64,000 nucleotides of DNA from the NCBI RefSeq assembly GCF_004353825.1, contig NZ_SMNA01000014.1, positions 62,001-126,000 on the forward strand, written 5' to 3'. A model generated the notes under the pieces. The model did no database searches. It was given only the letters and a program-made list of their open reading frames with translations, and was not told the DNA's origin. This document shows, piece after piece, positions 12,915-21,375 of the stretch. The DNA is from Occultella glacieicola. Its GTDB lineage: Bacteria; Actinomycetota; Actinomycetes; Actinomycetales; Beutenbergiaceae. Every line of letters starts with the position of its first letter. Positions within the stretch are counted from its first letter, which is position 1. The translations under genes and the position numbers were made by a program.

Positions 12915-13583
12915 GTGCACTTCGTCATCATGGGCGCGGGTCGGGTCGGGGTCACCCTCGCCGAGACCCTGGAGGCCAAAGGTCACTCCGTGGCGATCAT
13001 CGATCAGAACCCGGAGGCGTTCCGGCGACTCTCGGACGACTTCGAGGGCCGCCGGGTGACCGGCATGGGCTTCGACCGGGAGGCCCTGGCGCAGGCAGGC
13101 ATCGAGGACGCGTACGCGTTCGCGGCCGTGTCCAGCGGGGACAACTCGAACATCATCGCCGCCCGGGTGGTCCGCGAGGTGTTCGGGATCGACAACGTCG
13201 TGGCCCGGATCTACGACCCGGGCCGGGCGCAGATCTACCAGCGGCTCGGGATCACCACGGTCGCCACGGTCCGGTGGACCGCGGACCAGGTACTGCGCCG
13301 GATGATGCCCACCGGCGCCGCGAGCGAGTACCGGGACGCCTCCGGTGGCGTCAGCCTGTGTGAGATGGACCTCCACGAGGGCTGGATCGGTCACACCGTC
13401 CGCCAGCTGCAGAACCTCGCGCAGGCGCGGATCGCGTACCTCACCCGGTTCGGGGAGGCTTACATCCCGGCGCCGCTGGACGTGCTCCAGGAGAACGACG
13501 TGCTGCACGTCATCGTGTACACCGACCGGATCAGCGACGTCCAACGGGTGCTGGCCACCGCGCCCAAGCCGGAGGAGGACTGA
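12915..13583 (+). CDS. trkA: TrkA-family potassium uptake regulatory protein (CeoB-like)
   Basis: HFVIMGAGRVG Rossmann motif, AVSSGDNSNI and VVARIYDPGRA. Confidence 0.92.
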   Translation: MHFVIMGAGRVGVTLAETLEAKGHSVAIIDQNPEAFRRLSDDFEGRRVTGMGFDREALAQAGIEDAYAFAAVSSGDNSNIIAARVVREVFGIDNVVARIYDPGRAQIYQRLGITTVATVRWTADQVLRRMMPTGAASEYRDASGGVSLCEMDLHEGWIGHTVRQLQNLAQARIAYLTRFGEAYIPAPLDVLQENDVLHVIVYTDRISDVQRVLATAPKPEED

Positions 13584-14263
13584 TGCGGGTCGTGATCGCC
13601 GGCGCCGGGAGCGTCGGCCGCTCGATCGCGCGGGAGCTGATCGGGCACACCCACGAGGTGCTCCTGATCGACAAGGACCCGATGGCGATGAAGGTGTCCT
13701 CGGTGAGCGAGGCCGAGTGGCTGCTCGCGGACGCCTGCGAGATCAGTTCGCTGGGCCAGGCCGAGCTCGCCTCCGCGGACGTCGTGGTGGCGGCGACCGG
13801 CGACGACAAGGCCAACCTCGTCGTGTCGCTGCTGGCGAAGACGGAGTTCGCCGTGCCCCGGGTGGTGGCCCGGGTGAACAACCCGAAGAACGAGTGGATG
13901 TTCGACGAGGCCTGGGGGGTGGACGTGCTCGTCTCCACGCCCCGGATCATGACCTCCCTGGTCGAGGAGGCGGTCTCGGTCGGCGACCTCGTCCGGATCT
14001 TCACCTTCCACCAGTCGGGTGCGAGCATGTACGAAATCACCCTGGCCCCGACCGCGGCGGTCGTCGGCCAGCAGATCTCCCAGATCGCGTGGCCGAGCGC
14101 GGCCGTGCTGGCCGCGATCATCCGCGGGGATCAGCCGATCGCACCGAGCCCGGACGACACCCTGGAGGCCGGCGACGAACTGCTGCTCATCGTGTCGTCT
14201 GCGGAGCAGGCGGATCTGCTGGAGCTGCAGCACCTGCTCGGGGATTCACCATCAGCCACGTGA
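13583..14263 (+). CDS. TrkA-family potassium uptake regulatory protein (CeoC-like, RCK_N plus RCK_C)
   Basis: VIAGAGSVGRSIA, ATGDDKANLV and VARVNNPKNEW; TGATG overlap with the preceding gene. Confidence 0.92.
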   Translation: MRVVIAGAGSVGRSIARELIGHTHEVLLIDKDPMAMKVSSVSEAEWLLADACEISSLGQAELASADVVVAATGDDKANLVVSLLAKTEFAVPRVVARVNNPKNEWMFDEAWGVDVLVSTPRIMTSLVEEAVSVGDLVRIFTFHQSGASMYEITLAPTAAVVGQQISQIAWPSAAVLAAIIRGDQPIAPSPDDTLEAGDELLLIVSSAEQADLLELQHLLGDSPSAT

Positions 14264-14945
14264 TCCACAGCACCAGCGCCCACAGCGGCAGCCCCATCAC
14301 CAGGCGCGCCGTGCCGAGCCAGCCGGCCTCGGCGTTCAGGTAGAGCGGCACCTGCACCGCCAGCCGGGCCGCGAACGCAGCGACCCACAGCCAGGACGCG
14401 AGCGTGTAGCGACGCAGGAGCGCCCGGTCCTCGCGCCAGTCGAAGCCTCGCCCGAACAGGCTGGAGACGATCACGCCGACCACCGGCCACCTGGCCAGGA
14501 TGGATGCGGTCACGCCGATCACGAACCCGGCATTGACGTACAAGCCCCAGGCGAAGTAGTCCTGCGCCTCGCCGGTGCGCCACGCCCACACGGCACCGAT
14601 CGCGACGCCGAGCAGGCCCCCGACCGCCTGCGTGACCGGCGTCCTGGCGACCAGCCGGGCGATCGTGGCGACGACGGCGACGGCCACCGAGGAGATCAGC
14701 GCCGGCATCAGGTCCCTGGTGGCCACGAACACCACCACGAAGACCAGCCCCGGCGCCGTCGACTCGATCAGGCCGCGTACACCGCCGATCGACTCGGCGA
14801 GGTTGAACTCCCCCGCCGCGAGCTGGCCCATGCCGCGCCCGCCGGCCTCGGCCCGCACGCCCGGCAGCGGGCGGCCCTCGCTGCCGTCAGGTGGGGTCTG
14901 GTCGGTCGCCTGCTGCGCCGGGTCGGGCTCGCGGTTCTCGGTCAC
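14187..14945 (-). CDS. DUF3159 domain membrane protein
   Basis: IGGVRGLIES..PGLVF, RWPVVG, RLAVQVPLY and RLVMGLPL; conserved position after ceoBC; GTG start overlaps the upstream stop. Confidence 0.85.
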   Translation of the reverse strand: MTENREPDPAQQATDQTPPDGSEGRPLPGVRAEAGGRGMGQLAAGEFNLAESIGGVRGLIESTAPGLVFVVVFVATRDLMPALISSVAVAVVATIARLVARTPVTQAVGGLLGVAIGAVWAWRTGEAQDYFAWGLYVNAGFVIGVTASILARWPVVGVIVSSLFGRGFDWREDRALLRRYTLASWLWVAAFAARLAVQVPLYLNAEAGWLGTARLVMGLPLWALVLWITWLMVNPRAGAAAPADPPAPQTTR

Positions 14946-15331
14946 GGGTTCGCCTCTGCGGAGTCGGGGGCGGGCAGGAGTCGGTACTCCGGGTTGAACA
15001 TGGTGGCGTGGGTGCGGCCGAAGTCGGCCGCGGTGATCATGCCCTCGGCGACGAGCCGGCGGCCGGGTTCGATGCCCGGGATCTCGCGGCGCCCGAGCCA
15101 GACGAGGTCCAGGCTTCCGGACCCGTCGTACAGTTCGGCCACCAGGGCCGGGCCGGCGGCGGCGGGCGCGAACGTGACCGCGCGGATCACCCCGGAGACC
15201 TCGGCGCGACTGCGCAGCCGGCACTGGCCCACCGGCTGGGTGCCGCGGCGGCGCACCTCGAGCCGTTCGTCGTCCGCCTCGAGTTCGGCCTGGGAAGCCG
15301 TCAGCCGGTCCCACACGGTGCGTAGGCTCAT
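14942..15331 (-). CDS. OB-fold nucleic-acid-binding domain protein
   Basis: AELYDGSGSLDLVWLGRREIPGIEPG..MFNPEYRL, typical of this conserved actinobacterial locus. Confidence 0.85.
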   Translation of the reverse strand: MSLRTVWDRLTASQAELEADDERLEVRRRGTQPVGQCRLRSRAEVSGVIRAVTFAPAAAGPALVAELYDGSGSLDLVWLGRREIPGIEPGRRLVAEGMITAADFGRTHATMFNPEYRLLPAPDSAEANP

Positions 15332-15338
15332 CGCTGCG

Positions 15339-16049
15339 TCAACGGGTCTCGGTGATCTCGGGACCACGCTTGGGCAGGTCCAGGCTCGGGCGCCCGCCGG
15401 GTACCTCGGGCCCGGCCTCCGCCGGCCGCCCGGGCAGGTGCAGGGTCAGCAGGTCGCGCGGCGGGCGCGCATCGGTGCCGCGGACCACCACGACGTCCGC
15501 GAGGATGTCCTCCAGCGCCGCGGCAGCCTCCGCGTCGACGGTCGCCTTGCCGGAGACCACCGCCCGCAGGAACCAGCGCGGTCCGTCCACGCCGATGAAC
15601 CGGGCCGGGCGGCTACCGGTGCGTCCGTCCGGGAGCCGGGCCGGCAGGCGGGCCAGGAGTTCGCGGCCGAACGGACCGGACCGCTCGTCGGCGGAGCCGC
15701 CCTGCTTGACCACCTGGTCGCGGATCTCCCCGCGCAGCTCCTCCCAGAGGCCTTCGCTGCGGGGAGCGGCGAACGCCTGCAACTGCAGACTGGAGGCGTC
15801 CAGCATCAGGCGCACGGCCACGACCCGCCGGGTCTTGGAGTCCAGTTCCATCTTGACCTGACTACCCGCCCGCTTGGGCAGGCGGATTGCGCCGAGGTCG
15901 ATGCGCGAACCCAGTTCCGGCACCTCGTCCGCGTCCCAGGGCCCGCGGCCCTCGGGCTCCACGGGGCTCTCGGCCGTGTCCAACCTGTCGCCGGAGCCCT
16001 CGGGCTCCGGGGCCGCGGCGTCCTTCTTCCGGCGTCCGAACAATGCCAT
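15339..16049 (-). CDS. DUF3710 domain protein
   Basis: MALFGRRKK, GPWD, RIDLGAI, LQAFAAPRSEGLW and RFIGVDGPRWFLR. Confidence 0.87.
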   Translation of the reverse strand: MALFGRRKKDAAAPEPEGSGDRLDTAESPVEPEGRGPWDADEVPELGSRIDLGAIRLPKRAGSQVKMELDSKTRRVVAVRLMLDASSLQLQAFAAPRSEGLWEELRGEIRDQVVKQGGSADERSGPFGRELLARLPARLPDGRTGSRPARFIGVDGPRWFLRAVVSGKATVDAEAAAALEDILADVVVVRGTDARPPRDLLTLHLPGRPAEAGPEVPGGRPSLDLPKRGPEITETR

Positions 16050-16537
16050 CAGTGTGCTCCCTCGGCGATCGCGTACCCTCCGGTCGAGCCGAGCCCGCCC
16101 GCGCCGCGGTCACTGCCGGGCAGCCGCTCGACCTCGGTGAACCGTGCCGAGGCGACCTGCTGGATCACGAGCTGCGCGATCCGGTCGCCGCGCTCGAGAC
16201 GGGCCTCGGCCCGGGTGTCGGTGTTGACAAGGATGACCTTGATCTCGCCGCGGTACCCGGCGTCGATCGTCCCCGGTGCGTTCAGCGTGGTGATGCCGTG
16301 TTTGGCGGCCAGCCCCGAACGGGGGTGCACGAACGCCGCGAAGCCGCGCGGCAGGGCGATCGCGATCCCGGTCGGCACCGTCGCCCGGCCGCCCGGCGGC
16401 AGCACCACGGGAGCCGCCGCGAGCAGGTCGAGGCCGGCGTCGCCGGGGTGGGCGTAGGAGGGCACCGGCAGGTCCGGGTCGAGCCGGTGGAGCAGGATGT
16501 CCACGTCCGCACCCGGGTCGTCGTTCTCAGTCATCAC
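16049..16537 (-). CDS. dut: dUTP diphosphatase
   Basis: DAGLDL, PRSGLA, GTIDAGYRGEI, GDRIAQL and RGAGGLGSTG; start at 16537 (GTG) or 16534 (ATG). Confidence 0.97.
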   Translation of the reverse strand: MMTENDDPGADVDILLHRLDPDLPVPSYAHPGDAGLDLLAAAPVVLPPGGRATVPTGIAIALPRGFAAFVHPRSGLAAKHGITTLNAPGTIDAGYRGEIKVILVNTDTRAEARLERGDRIAQLVIQQVASARFTEVERLPGSDRGAGGLGSTGGYAIAEGAH

Positions 16538-16608
16538 CTCTCGAGCCTACTTCGCAACGGCCATGCTCGTGACGGTCCGGGTCGGGTTCGGATGGCAGAC
16601 TGGCACTT

Positions 16609-17076
16609 GTGCCCGTGTACTCCGAGACCCTGCTGCCGTCGGTCTGGAAGTGGCTGCTCGCCCCCGCCGGTGGGGCAGCGGCCGGAATAATCACCGTGGT
16701 TCTGGGCGTGCCTGTCGCGGTGGTGGTCGGGGTGGTCGTGACCATCGCGCTGGTGGCCGTGCTCGTGAGGACCGCGCCGGTGACGGTGGTCACCGACGAC
16801 GAGCTGCGTGCCGGCCGGGCCCATCTCCCACGGGAGTTCGTCGGATCCGTCGAGATCCTCGAGGGGTCGGCCCTGGAACAGGCGATGGGCCCGGGCCTGG
16901 ATGCCCGTGCCCACCTCCAGTTCAGTTCATCGGCTCCGGCGGCCGTACGAGTGGACCTGCGGGACCCGCAGGACCCCACCCCGTACTGGTTGCTCTCCAC
17001 CAGACACGCCCACGAACTCGCGCGCGCGCTGGTGGCGGATGCGGATCAGGCCGCGCACTCCGAGCAGACCGGCTGA
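16609..17076 (+). CDS. DUF3093 domain membrane protein
   Basis: YSETL, two hydrophobic helices, LRAGRAHLP and DPQDPTPYWLLSTR; divergent from dut as in other actinobacteria. Confidence 0.85.
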   Translation: MPVYSETLLPSVWKWLLAPAGGAAAGIITVVLGVPVAVVVGVVVTIALVAVLVRTAPVTVVTDDELRAGRAHLPREFVGSVEILEGSALEQAMGPGLDARAHLQFSSSAPAAVRVDLRDPQDPTPYWLLSTRHAHELARALVADADQAAHSEQTG

Positions 17077-17345
17077 CCGTTCTCCTCGTAGGCGAGCTGG
17101 CTGCGGTGGTGGACCAGGAAGCAGCGTGAACAGGTGAATTCATCTGCCTGACGGGGCAGGACGCGGACGGAGAGTTCCTCTCCGCTGAGATCGGCGCCGG
17201 GAAGTTCGAATCCTTCGGCGGCTTCCGTCTCGTCCTCGTCGACCGCCCCGGAGTTCTTCTCCGCACGCCGGGCCTTCAGCTCCTCCAGGGAGTCCTCGCT
17301 GAGGTCCTCTTCGTTCTTGCGCGGTGCGTCGTAGTCGGTCGCCAT
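17046..17345 (-). CDS. DUF4193 domain protein (C-terminal Cys/His Zn-finger-like)
   Basis: MATDYDAPR, FELPGADLSGEEL and DEFTCSRCFLVHHRSQ...CSEC. Confidence 0.93.
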   Translation of the reverse strand: MATDYDAPRKNEEDLSEDSLEELKARRAEKNSGAVDEDETEAAEGFELPGADLSGEELSVRVLPRQADEFTCSRCFLVHHRSQLAYEENGQPVCSECAA

Positions 17346-17392
17346 GGTGGGCAAGCGCTCCGGTTTCTCTTGATGACGGTGGTCGCAGTTAC

Positions 17393-17417
17393 AACGCGCG
17401 GGGCGTCGAAATGTTCC
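17393..17417 (-). promoter_or_regulatory. ECF sigma (SigH/SigE/SigR-type) promoter for DUF4193 gene
   Basis: Minus strand GGAAC-N17-GTT (GGAAC-N16-CGTT), ending 47 bp before the ATG. Confidence 0.6.
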
Positions 17418-17776
17418 CGTAGCGAAGGGATTGTCCACCATGCGCGCGAGATGCGCGCATCGAATCGGAGAATCCGTTGGTAACTGTGGTGAAGGTGACC
17501 CTCTGCCGGCCGTGTCCGACGGCGTCGACGCACCCACACCGGGCGAACCATACAACGGACCGCGCCCCCTCGTGCACGGGCCGGGCCGGCCCGGGGCGGC
17601 ACTGCTGGCCCGCGCCGCTCCGGAGCCGGCGGGTTAGGCTGCCCTGGTCGCTCCGGGCCGCGGTCGGCGGGCCGTGCGGCCACCCGCGTGGCGATCCTCG
17701 CCACACCGGACGTAATGCACCAGTCCCGACGAACGGGCTGGCAGGCTCGGGGTGTGCACGGTACGGAGGTGGCAAG

Positions 17777-18907
17777 GTGGAGTTAGAACTGGTCGGGATC
17801 CATGCCGATGGCGAGCATCTGATCCTCATCGGCCCCGACGGCGAACGGCACCGGCTGCCGATCGACGATGCCCTCCGCGCGGCCGTCCGTCGTGACCGCC
17901 CGCAGCTCGAGAAGCTGCGCAGCGACGCCGCGTTGCGCCCGCGCGACATCCAGGTCCTGATCCGTGCCGGCGCCAGCGCCGAGGAGATCGCGGGCGAGTC
18001 CGGCCTGCCCATCGAGCAGATCCGCCGGTACGAGGGCCCGGTCCTCGCCGAGCGCGAACACGTCGCACGGCGGGCCCGGATGCTGACCATCGGGCGTGAG
18101 ACCGGCTCGCCCCAGCTCGGCGACCTGGTCGTCGACCGGCTCGCCGCCCGTGGTGTCGACGCCGGGTCGATCGCCTGGGATGCCCGTCGCCGCGGGAGCG
18201 AGCCGTGGGAGGTGCTCGCCCGCTTCGCCGCCGGTGACCGGGACCGGGAGGCCGTCTGGCAGGTCGACCTGGCCTCGTCGTCGGTGACGGCGCTCGACGA
18301 CGAGAGCCGCTGGCTGTCCGAGACGGACCTCGGGTCGCCCGGGCCGCGGCGCCACCTCAGCGCAGTCCGCGGGGCGCGCCTCTACGACGTCGAGACGGAC
18401 GCGGACATCGCGCCGTCGCTGCAGGCGGTCGACGCCGTCATCCGGGACTCCCGGCCGGCCGCCACCGGCGGCCACGGGCCCTCCTCCCCCGCCGAGCCGG
18501 AGCCGGAGGCCGAGCCCGAGGGCGACTCCGGCGACACCGGCGACACCGAGGCGCTCCTCGACCACCTGAACGCGAGCCGCGGGGTCCGACAGCCGGTCGA
18601 GGTCGAGGACGACGACGACGCACCCGGTGTCCATGAACCGATGCTCTGGGAGGACCCGCCGCCCGCGCACCCGCCGGCCTCCCACCCCGAGGAGGCCGAG
18701 GACGCGGGCGTCATCGACCTGCCTCCACACCTTGCCGACCCGAGTGCCGACCCGAGTGCCGACCGGGCCGGGGAGCCGGTCGAGGTTCCCGCCGACGGCG
18801 AGCAGCCCGGGTCGGACCAACCGGCGAAGAGCAAACGTCCTCGGCGGAACCGCCGCACCAGCGTGCCTTCCTGGGACGAGATCGTCTTCGGCGCGAAGAA
18901 CGACTGA
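17777..18907 (+). CDS. sepH: Septation protein SepH (DUF3071 N-terminal domain, disordered acidic linker)
   Basis: LRPRDIQVLIRAGASAEEIA..IRRYEGPVLAERE HTH and C-terminal RTSVPSWDEIVFG; GGAGG RBS before GTG. Confidence 0.9.
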   Translation: MELELVGIHADGEHLILIGPDGERHRLPIDDALRAAVRRDRPQLEKLRSDAALRPRDIQVLIRAGASAEEIAGESGLPIEQIRRYEGPVLAEREHVARRARMLTIGRETGSPQLGDLVVDRLAARGVDAGSIAWDARRRGSEPWEVLARFAAGDRDREAVWQVDLASSSVTALDDESRWLSETDLGSPGPRRHLSAVRGARLYDVETDADIAPSLQAVDAVIRDSRPAATGGHGPSSPAEPEPEAEPEGDSGDTGDTEALLDHLNASRGVRQPVEVEDDDDAPGVHEPMLWEDPPPAHPPASHPEEAEDAGVIDLPPHLADPSADPSADRAGEPVEVPADGEQPGSDQPAKSKRPRRNRRTSVPSWDEIVFGAKND

Positions 18908-18923
18908 GCCGCCCGCGGGTCCT

Positions 18924-19571
18924 TCAGCCGCCCAGATCCAGTGGGTCCGGTGACGGACTCGGGGCGTGGGCGGTGGCCGCGGTCAGGCCGGCCCGGTGGT
19001 GGCGCCGGCAGAGCACCTCGTACCCGACCTCTCCGGTCCGGGCGCCCGTATCCCCGACCACCATCTGCTCGCCCTCGGTGACCATGACACCACCGACGGT
19101 GCGGGCGTTATGGGTGGCCCGCCGGCCGCACCAGCACAGGGCCCGCACCTGAAGCACCTCGACCCGATCAGCCAGCTCCAGCAGCCGCGCGGACCCGGGG
19201 AACAGCCGGGTTCGGAAGTCGGTGGTGATCCCGAACGCGAACACGTCGACCGTCAGTTCGTCGACCACCCGCGCGAGCTGCTCCACCTGGGTGGGCTCGT
19301 AGAACTGGGCCTCGTCACAGATCAGGTAGTCGACCACCCGTCCGCGGGTGCGGCGACGGATCACCTCGTCCCAGAAGTCGGTGCGGTCCGTCACCTCGAC
19401 CGCCGGCACGGCCAGGCCGAGCCTGGACGAGAGCATCTCGGCCCCGGCCCGGTCGTTACGGCTGAACAGCACCCCACGCCGGCCTCGGGTGGCATGGGTG
19501 TAGTCCATCTGCAGCGCGAGCGTCGACTTCCCGCAGTCCATCGTTCCCGAGAAGAACACCAGGTCCGCCAT
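18924..19571 (-). CDS. tdk: Thymidine kinase
   Basis: FSGTMDCGKST P-loop, ICDEAQF, FGITTDFR and Zn sites CWCG and LCRRH. Confidence 0.93.
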   Translation of the reverse strand: MADLVFFSGTMDCGKSTLALQMDYTHATRGRRGVLFSRNDRAGAEMLSSRLGLAVPAVEVTDRTDFWDEVIRRRTRGRVVDYLICDEAQFYEPTQVEQLARVVDELTVDVFAFGITTDFRTRLFPGSARLLELADRVEVLQVRALCWCGRRATHNARTVGGVMVTEGEQMVVGDTGARTGEVGYEVLCRRHHRAGLTAATAHAPSPSPDPLDLGG

Positions 19572-20755
19572 CAGCCCTCCAGCACCAGCAGCGGCACGGT
19601 GCGCTCGGCCGGGGTCAGGGAGCCGTGCATCCCGATCAGGGTCAGCGAGGCCCGGGTCTGGGTGCGGGAGTCGTGGACGGCGAGGTCACCGAGCGCGGCC
19701 ACCACCACGTCGCCGATGACCTCCGTGAACCGGGGGTCGACGGGCCCGAGCATCCCGGCGTCGATCACCTCGGCCCGGGTCAGGACCCGGGCCCGGTCGC
19801 CGAGCACGGCCGTCCAGGTCCCCCGAACGGTCTCGGCGGCGCCGGGCCGGCAGTACAGGTGCACGGCCCGCGGCTCACCGGCCACCAGATCCACGCCGGC
19901 GGCGAGGTCCGGCCGCTCGGCCATGTCGAGGCGCGCCGGGCCGGGCCCTTGCGTGCTCCGCCCCCGCGGGATGTCCACCATGCCGTGGTCGGCGGTGACC
20001 AGCAGTGTCGTACCGGGCGGGAGCAGCCGCGCGAGCCGGGCGATCTCGGTGTCGGTATGGGCCAGCGCCTGCGCCCACTCCGGCGAGCGCCACCCCTCGT
20101 GGTGGCCGGTGGAGTCGACGTCACCCCAGTACAGGTAGACGAGGTCCACGTCGGGCTCCCGCAGCGCCCCCAGCGCCGAGTCGATGCGCTCGGGCAGCGT
20201 CTCGGCAGGCAGGAACTCCGAGCCGCGCAGCGCCGCCGTGGTCAACGGCGAGGACGCGAACCGCCACGGACCCACGCTGACCGCGACCCGGCCGGCCTCC
20301 TCGAGGCGCTCGAACACGGTCGCGGACCGCTGCCAGTCCCGCGGGTCGGCCCCGGTGTTCCACGAGATCATGTTCATCAGCCGCCCGCGCAGGTCCCGCA
20401 CGGTGTAGCCGAGCAGTCCGGTGGCCCCGCCGGGCCGTCCGGTGCCGAGGAAGCCGAGGTTGGTCGCGGTCGTGGACGGGAACGCACAGGTCAGCGTGTC
20501 CAAGCGTCCCGCCGAGGTCAGGAACGGCGCCGCCTCGGCGCGCTCGGTGAGGTTGTACCAGCCGAGACCGTCCACGAGCACCACGACCGCCTTGCGGGCC
20601 TGCGGCAACCCGAGCGCGGCCGCCACGTCCACGCTCGAGGTGGCTGCACCGTCGGGCACCGGGATATCGATCCCGCAGGCGCCGACGGCGCCCCAGAGCA
20701 CCTGCCCGAGCGTGCCGGCCGGGTCACCGGCGGCGAGGTCGGCCGGCCCGCTCAC
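19571..20755 (-). CDS. Alkaline-phosphatase-superfamily protein (nucleotide pyrophosphatase/phosphodiesterase type)
   Basis: LVDGLG, FPSTT nucleophile, DSTGH, VTADHG and GMHGSLT. Confidence 0.88.
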   Translation of the reverse strand: MSGPADLAAGDPAGTLGQVLWGAVGACGIDIPVPDGAATSSVDVAAALGLPQARKAVVVLVDGLGWYNLTERAEAAPFLTSAGRLDTLTCAFPSTTATNLGFLGTGRPGGATGLLGYTVRDLRGRLMNMISWNTGADPRDWQRSATVFERLEEAGRVAVSVGPWRFASSPLTTAALRGSEFLPAETLPERIDSALGALREPDVDLVYLYWGDVDSTGHHEGWRSPEWAQALAHTDTEIARLARLLPPGTTLLVTADHGMVDIPRGRSTQGPGPARLDMAERPDLAAGVDLVAGEPRAVHLYCRPGAAETVRGTWTAVLGDRARVLTRAEVIDAGMLGPVDPRFTEVIGDVVVAALGDLAVHDSRTQTRASLTLIGMHGSLTPAERTVPLLVLEG

Positions 20756-21363
20756 GCGCCGGTGCGGGCGGTCGCCGCGGACAGCGCCGCGGCGAAGGAC
20801 ACGGCCGCGGACATGGCGTCCGCGCCCTCGGCCTCCGCGCTGACCCGGACCACGAGGTCGTCCGGCATCGACGTGCCGGTGTAGCCGTGATCCGCCTCGC
20901 AGTTCGGGTCGGGGCAGGTCGCCGGCTCGAGGTCGAGGCGCTGCACCGAGCCCCAGTTCAGGGCCAGGGTGAGTTCCGTGCCGCCGCTGCCCTGCCGGTA
21001 GACGGCCGGGTCGACCACCCCGTGGGTGAGGGCGACCGACCGGATGTTGCCGATCGGGACGGCCTCGGTGGTGGCCGCGGCCGTGGTGGCGCCGTCGGAC
21101 TCCTCGGGGGGCACGTCGTCCACGTGGGCGACGATCAGCCGGGTCGGCGTGAGCGTCATCGCGGTGACGTGCCGGCGCACCTCGGTCCGGTCGAACACGG
21201 TCTCGGGGTGCACCAGGTGTGCGACCACGTCCTCACCGGCGAGGGCGATCTCCAGGACGTCGGCGACCAACGCCGGGTAGTAGCCGGCACGCTCGATGTC
21301 ACTGCGCAGGTGGCGCATCTGTTGGGCTCGTGACTTCTGCACCGGCCCAGTCTCCCACCTCAC
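20752..21363 (-). CDS. DUF5998 family protein
   Basis: [29 protein letters not shown] and [19 protein letters not shown]; start uncertain. Confidence 0.85.
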   Translation of the reverse strand: MRWETGPVQKSRAQQMRHLRSDIERAGYYPALVADVLEIALAGEDVVAHLVHPETVFDRTEVRRHVTAMTLTPTRLIVAHVDDVPPEESDGATTAAATTEAVPIGNIRSVALTHGVVDPAVYRQGSGGTELTLALNWGSVQRLDLEPATCPDPNCEADHGYTGTSMPDDLVVRVSAEAEGADAMSAAVSFAAALSAATARTGA

Positions 21364-21375
21364 GGCAACCTCCTC

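Noticed and set aside
18733..18764. 12-bp repeat TGCCGACCCGAG x2.7 in sepH
   Set aside because: Short slippage in a disordered linker (ADPSADPSAD); no wider significance evident.
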